Part shown: positions 62,620 to 64,000 of the stretch, in pieces
Numbering within the stretch: position 1 is the stretch's first letter
Layout: every line of letters starts with the position of its first letter
DNA from: Mytilus edulis
Taxonomy: Eukaryota
DNA length: 64,000 nt
Direction of reading: 5' to 3'
Assembly: GCF_963676685.1 (NCBI RefSeq)
Contig: NC_092356.1
Location: forward strand, 67,766,001 to 67,830,000
Position numbers and translations under genes: made by a program
The notes under the pieces: generated by a model
Databases searched by the model: none
What the model was told of the DNA's origin: nothing
What the model saw: only the letters and a program-made list of their open reading frames with translations

Positions 62620-64000
62620 TAGTAAATCATCCAAACATATGTGATGTAATTAATAAGGGTCATTATTATACTTTATGCACACTTCGTATATCATTCAATC
62701 ATATCATTGTACCTGCGGTATTTGCTAGTTTTATAAGCTCTGGTTTCCATAACAACATGTGATCATATTGGCAACGGTTGTCAATGTCTAAAATTAAAAC
62801 CCGCCCAAACCCAATGTTTTCCGAATAAGATCACCCGCTGCGGCCGATGTTTATTTATTCTTATTTCTACATCATTTCCGTTGGTGTGTTGTTGTTATTG
62901 AAATAAAAACCTAACATTACAGTGCAACATATAATAAAACCTATAAGTATAAGAAAGGATAACATTACCAAGGATGTGACGTTACATACGGACCACTATA
63001 GTATAACGTTAGGTTATGCGCAATTAAAGTCATTTTTGTAATCTGTCGTAATTTGTGCCTTTTCATTGATACAATGTCCTTTTAATCACTTAGTGGGAAA
63101 TCATATCAAAATGACGTTGCGCACGATGTTGATACTTGTCCGTGTTACACGACGTTCTTAAAATAATGCGATTTTGACTATTTCAAAGAACGTTTCAAGC
63201 ATTCAAGCTTATAATTGATGAGGTCAATTAGCTGTAGTGAATTTGATAACCATATTTCGTTTTGTCGATCATTGCAAAGTTTTACCAAAAAAAACTCAAT
63301 GCGATCGTATACATATTTTTTCAACGAAGTTTTACTTAGTACAGGAGTTGTCAGTCTTTCAGACCATAATGGAGCATTTTCCTTTTGCAAGCAGTTCACA
63401 TTAATAAATTTATAAATTAGTTTCTTTTACACAAACTTTTTTATATAAATTAGATATTGCATATCTGTAGATACTCCTTTTGTTTCTTTCCATTTCATAG
63501 TTTAATCATTTCCCGATTCCTTCTTTTTCGCAATATATCTAGTTGTTCATGCTTTTCTCATTTCAAGTATGCGTACCCGCTGTTTGTTTTACAATAAAAT
63601 TTTATTTTTATTTTGACGACTTAAAAACTGTTGATGGACTACTTTCCTGATCTATATAAAACAAAAAAAAATATATGCTAAAAAAAAAAGTGATCCCGAT
63701 ATTTTTTTTATTTCAAGCTTATGTGATCAACATTGAAATTTAAACTTTTACTTTCCTGTCTCATACTTGGGTTAACTTTGTTCTCTTCATTCGAAATAGA
63801 TAAATTTTATATACAAATTAAAAAACACTAGCATCGCCTCAATTACGTTTTGCGAACGGGAAGATACATATAAAAGAAAAAAAATGTACTGCCAAGACCA
63901 TTGCATCATGACGCGGTTAACTTGGTAAAATTAAACTAGCTATTATTTCCAACAGAAAAATATTGAAAATGCCTCTTCAAAATAATTTGATATAAGTAAT

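Overview
AT-rich, intron-containing animal genomic DNA; the repeat families and the C1q-domain gene expansion point to a bivalve, probably a Mytilus mussel (inference). 1-18.5 kb holds the 3' part of a nephrocystin-4 (NPHP4) gene on +. It has 14 phase-consistent exons plus a candidate 27-nt microexon, and at least five of its splice junctions are locally 'echoed' as tandem copies in the adjacent intron. Its introns carry Helentron/HINE-type tandem-repeat elements, a 5-kb foldback element and a hAT-like element. 24.7-48.6 kb holds three 3-exon secreted C1q-domain genes, plus an unnamed 3-exon type-I membrane protein gene (signal peptide, TSP1-like Cys-rich domain, TM) and its pseudogene. At 36.1-36.9 kb is a perfect 355-bp tandem array with three intact type-I hammerhead ribozymes on the minus strand (a retrozyme). 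A monomer lies at 62.3 kb, and decayed hammerhead repeats of apparently several subfamilies are scattered elsewhere. Penelope-like RT fragments are common, and one interrupts a TRIM/NHL-like pseudogene. There are two assembly gaps. All coordinates were read by eye and no searches were run.
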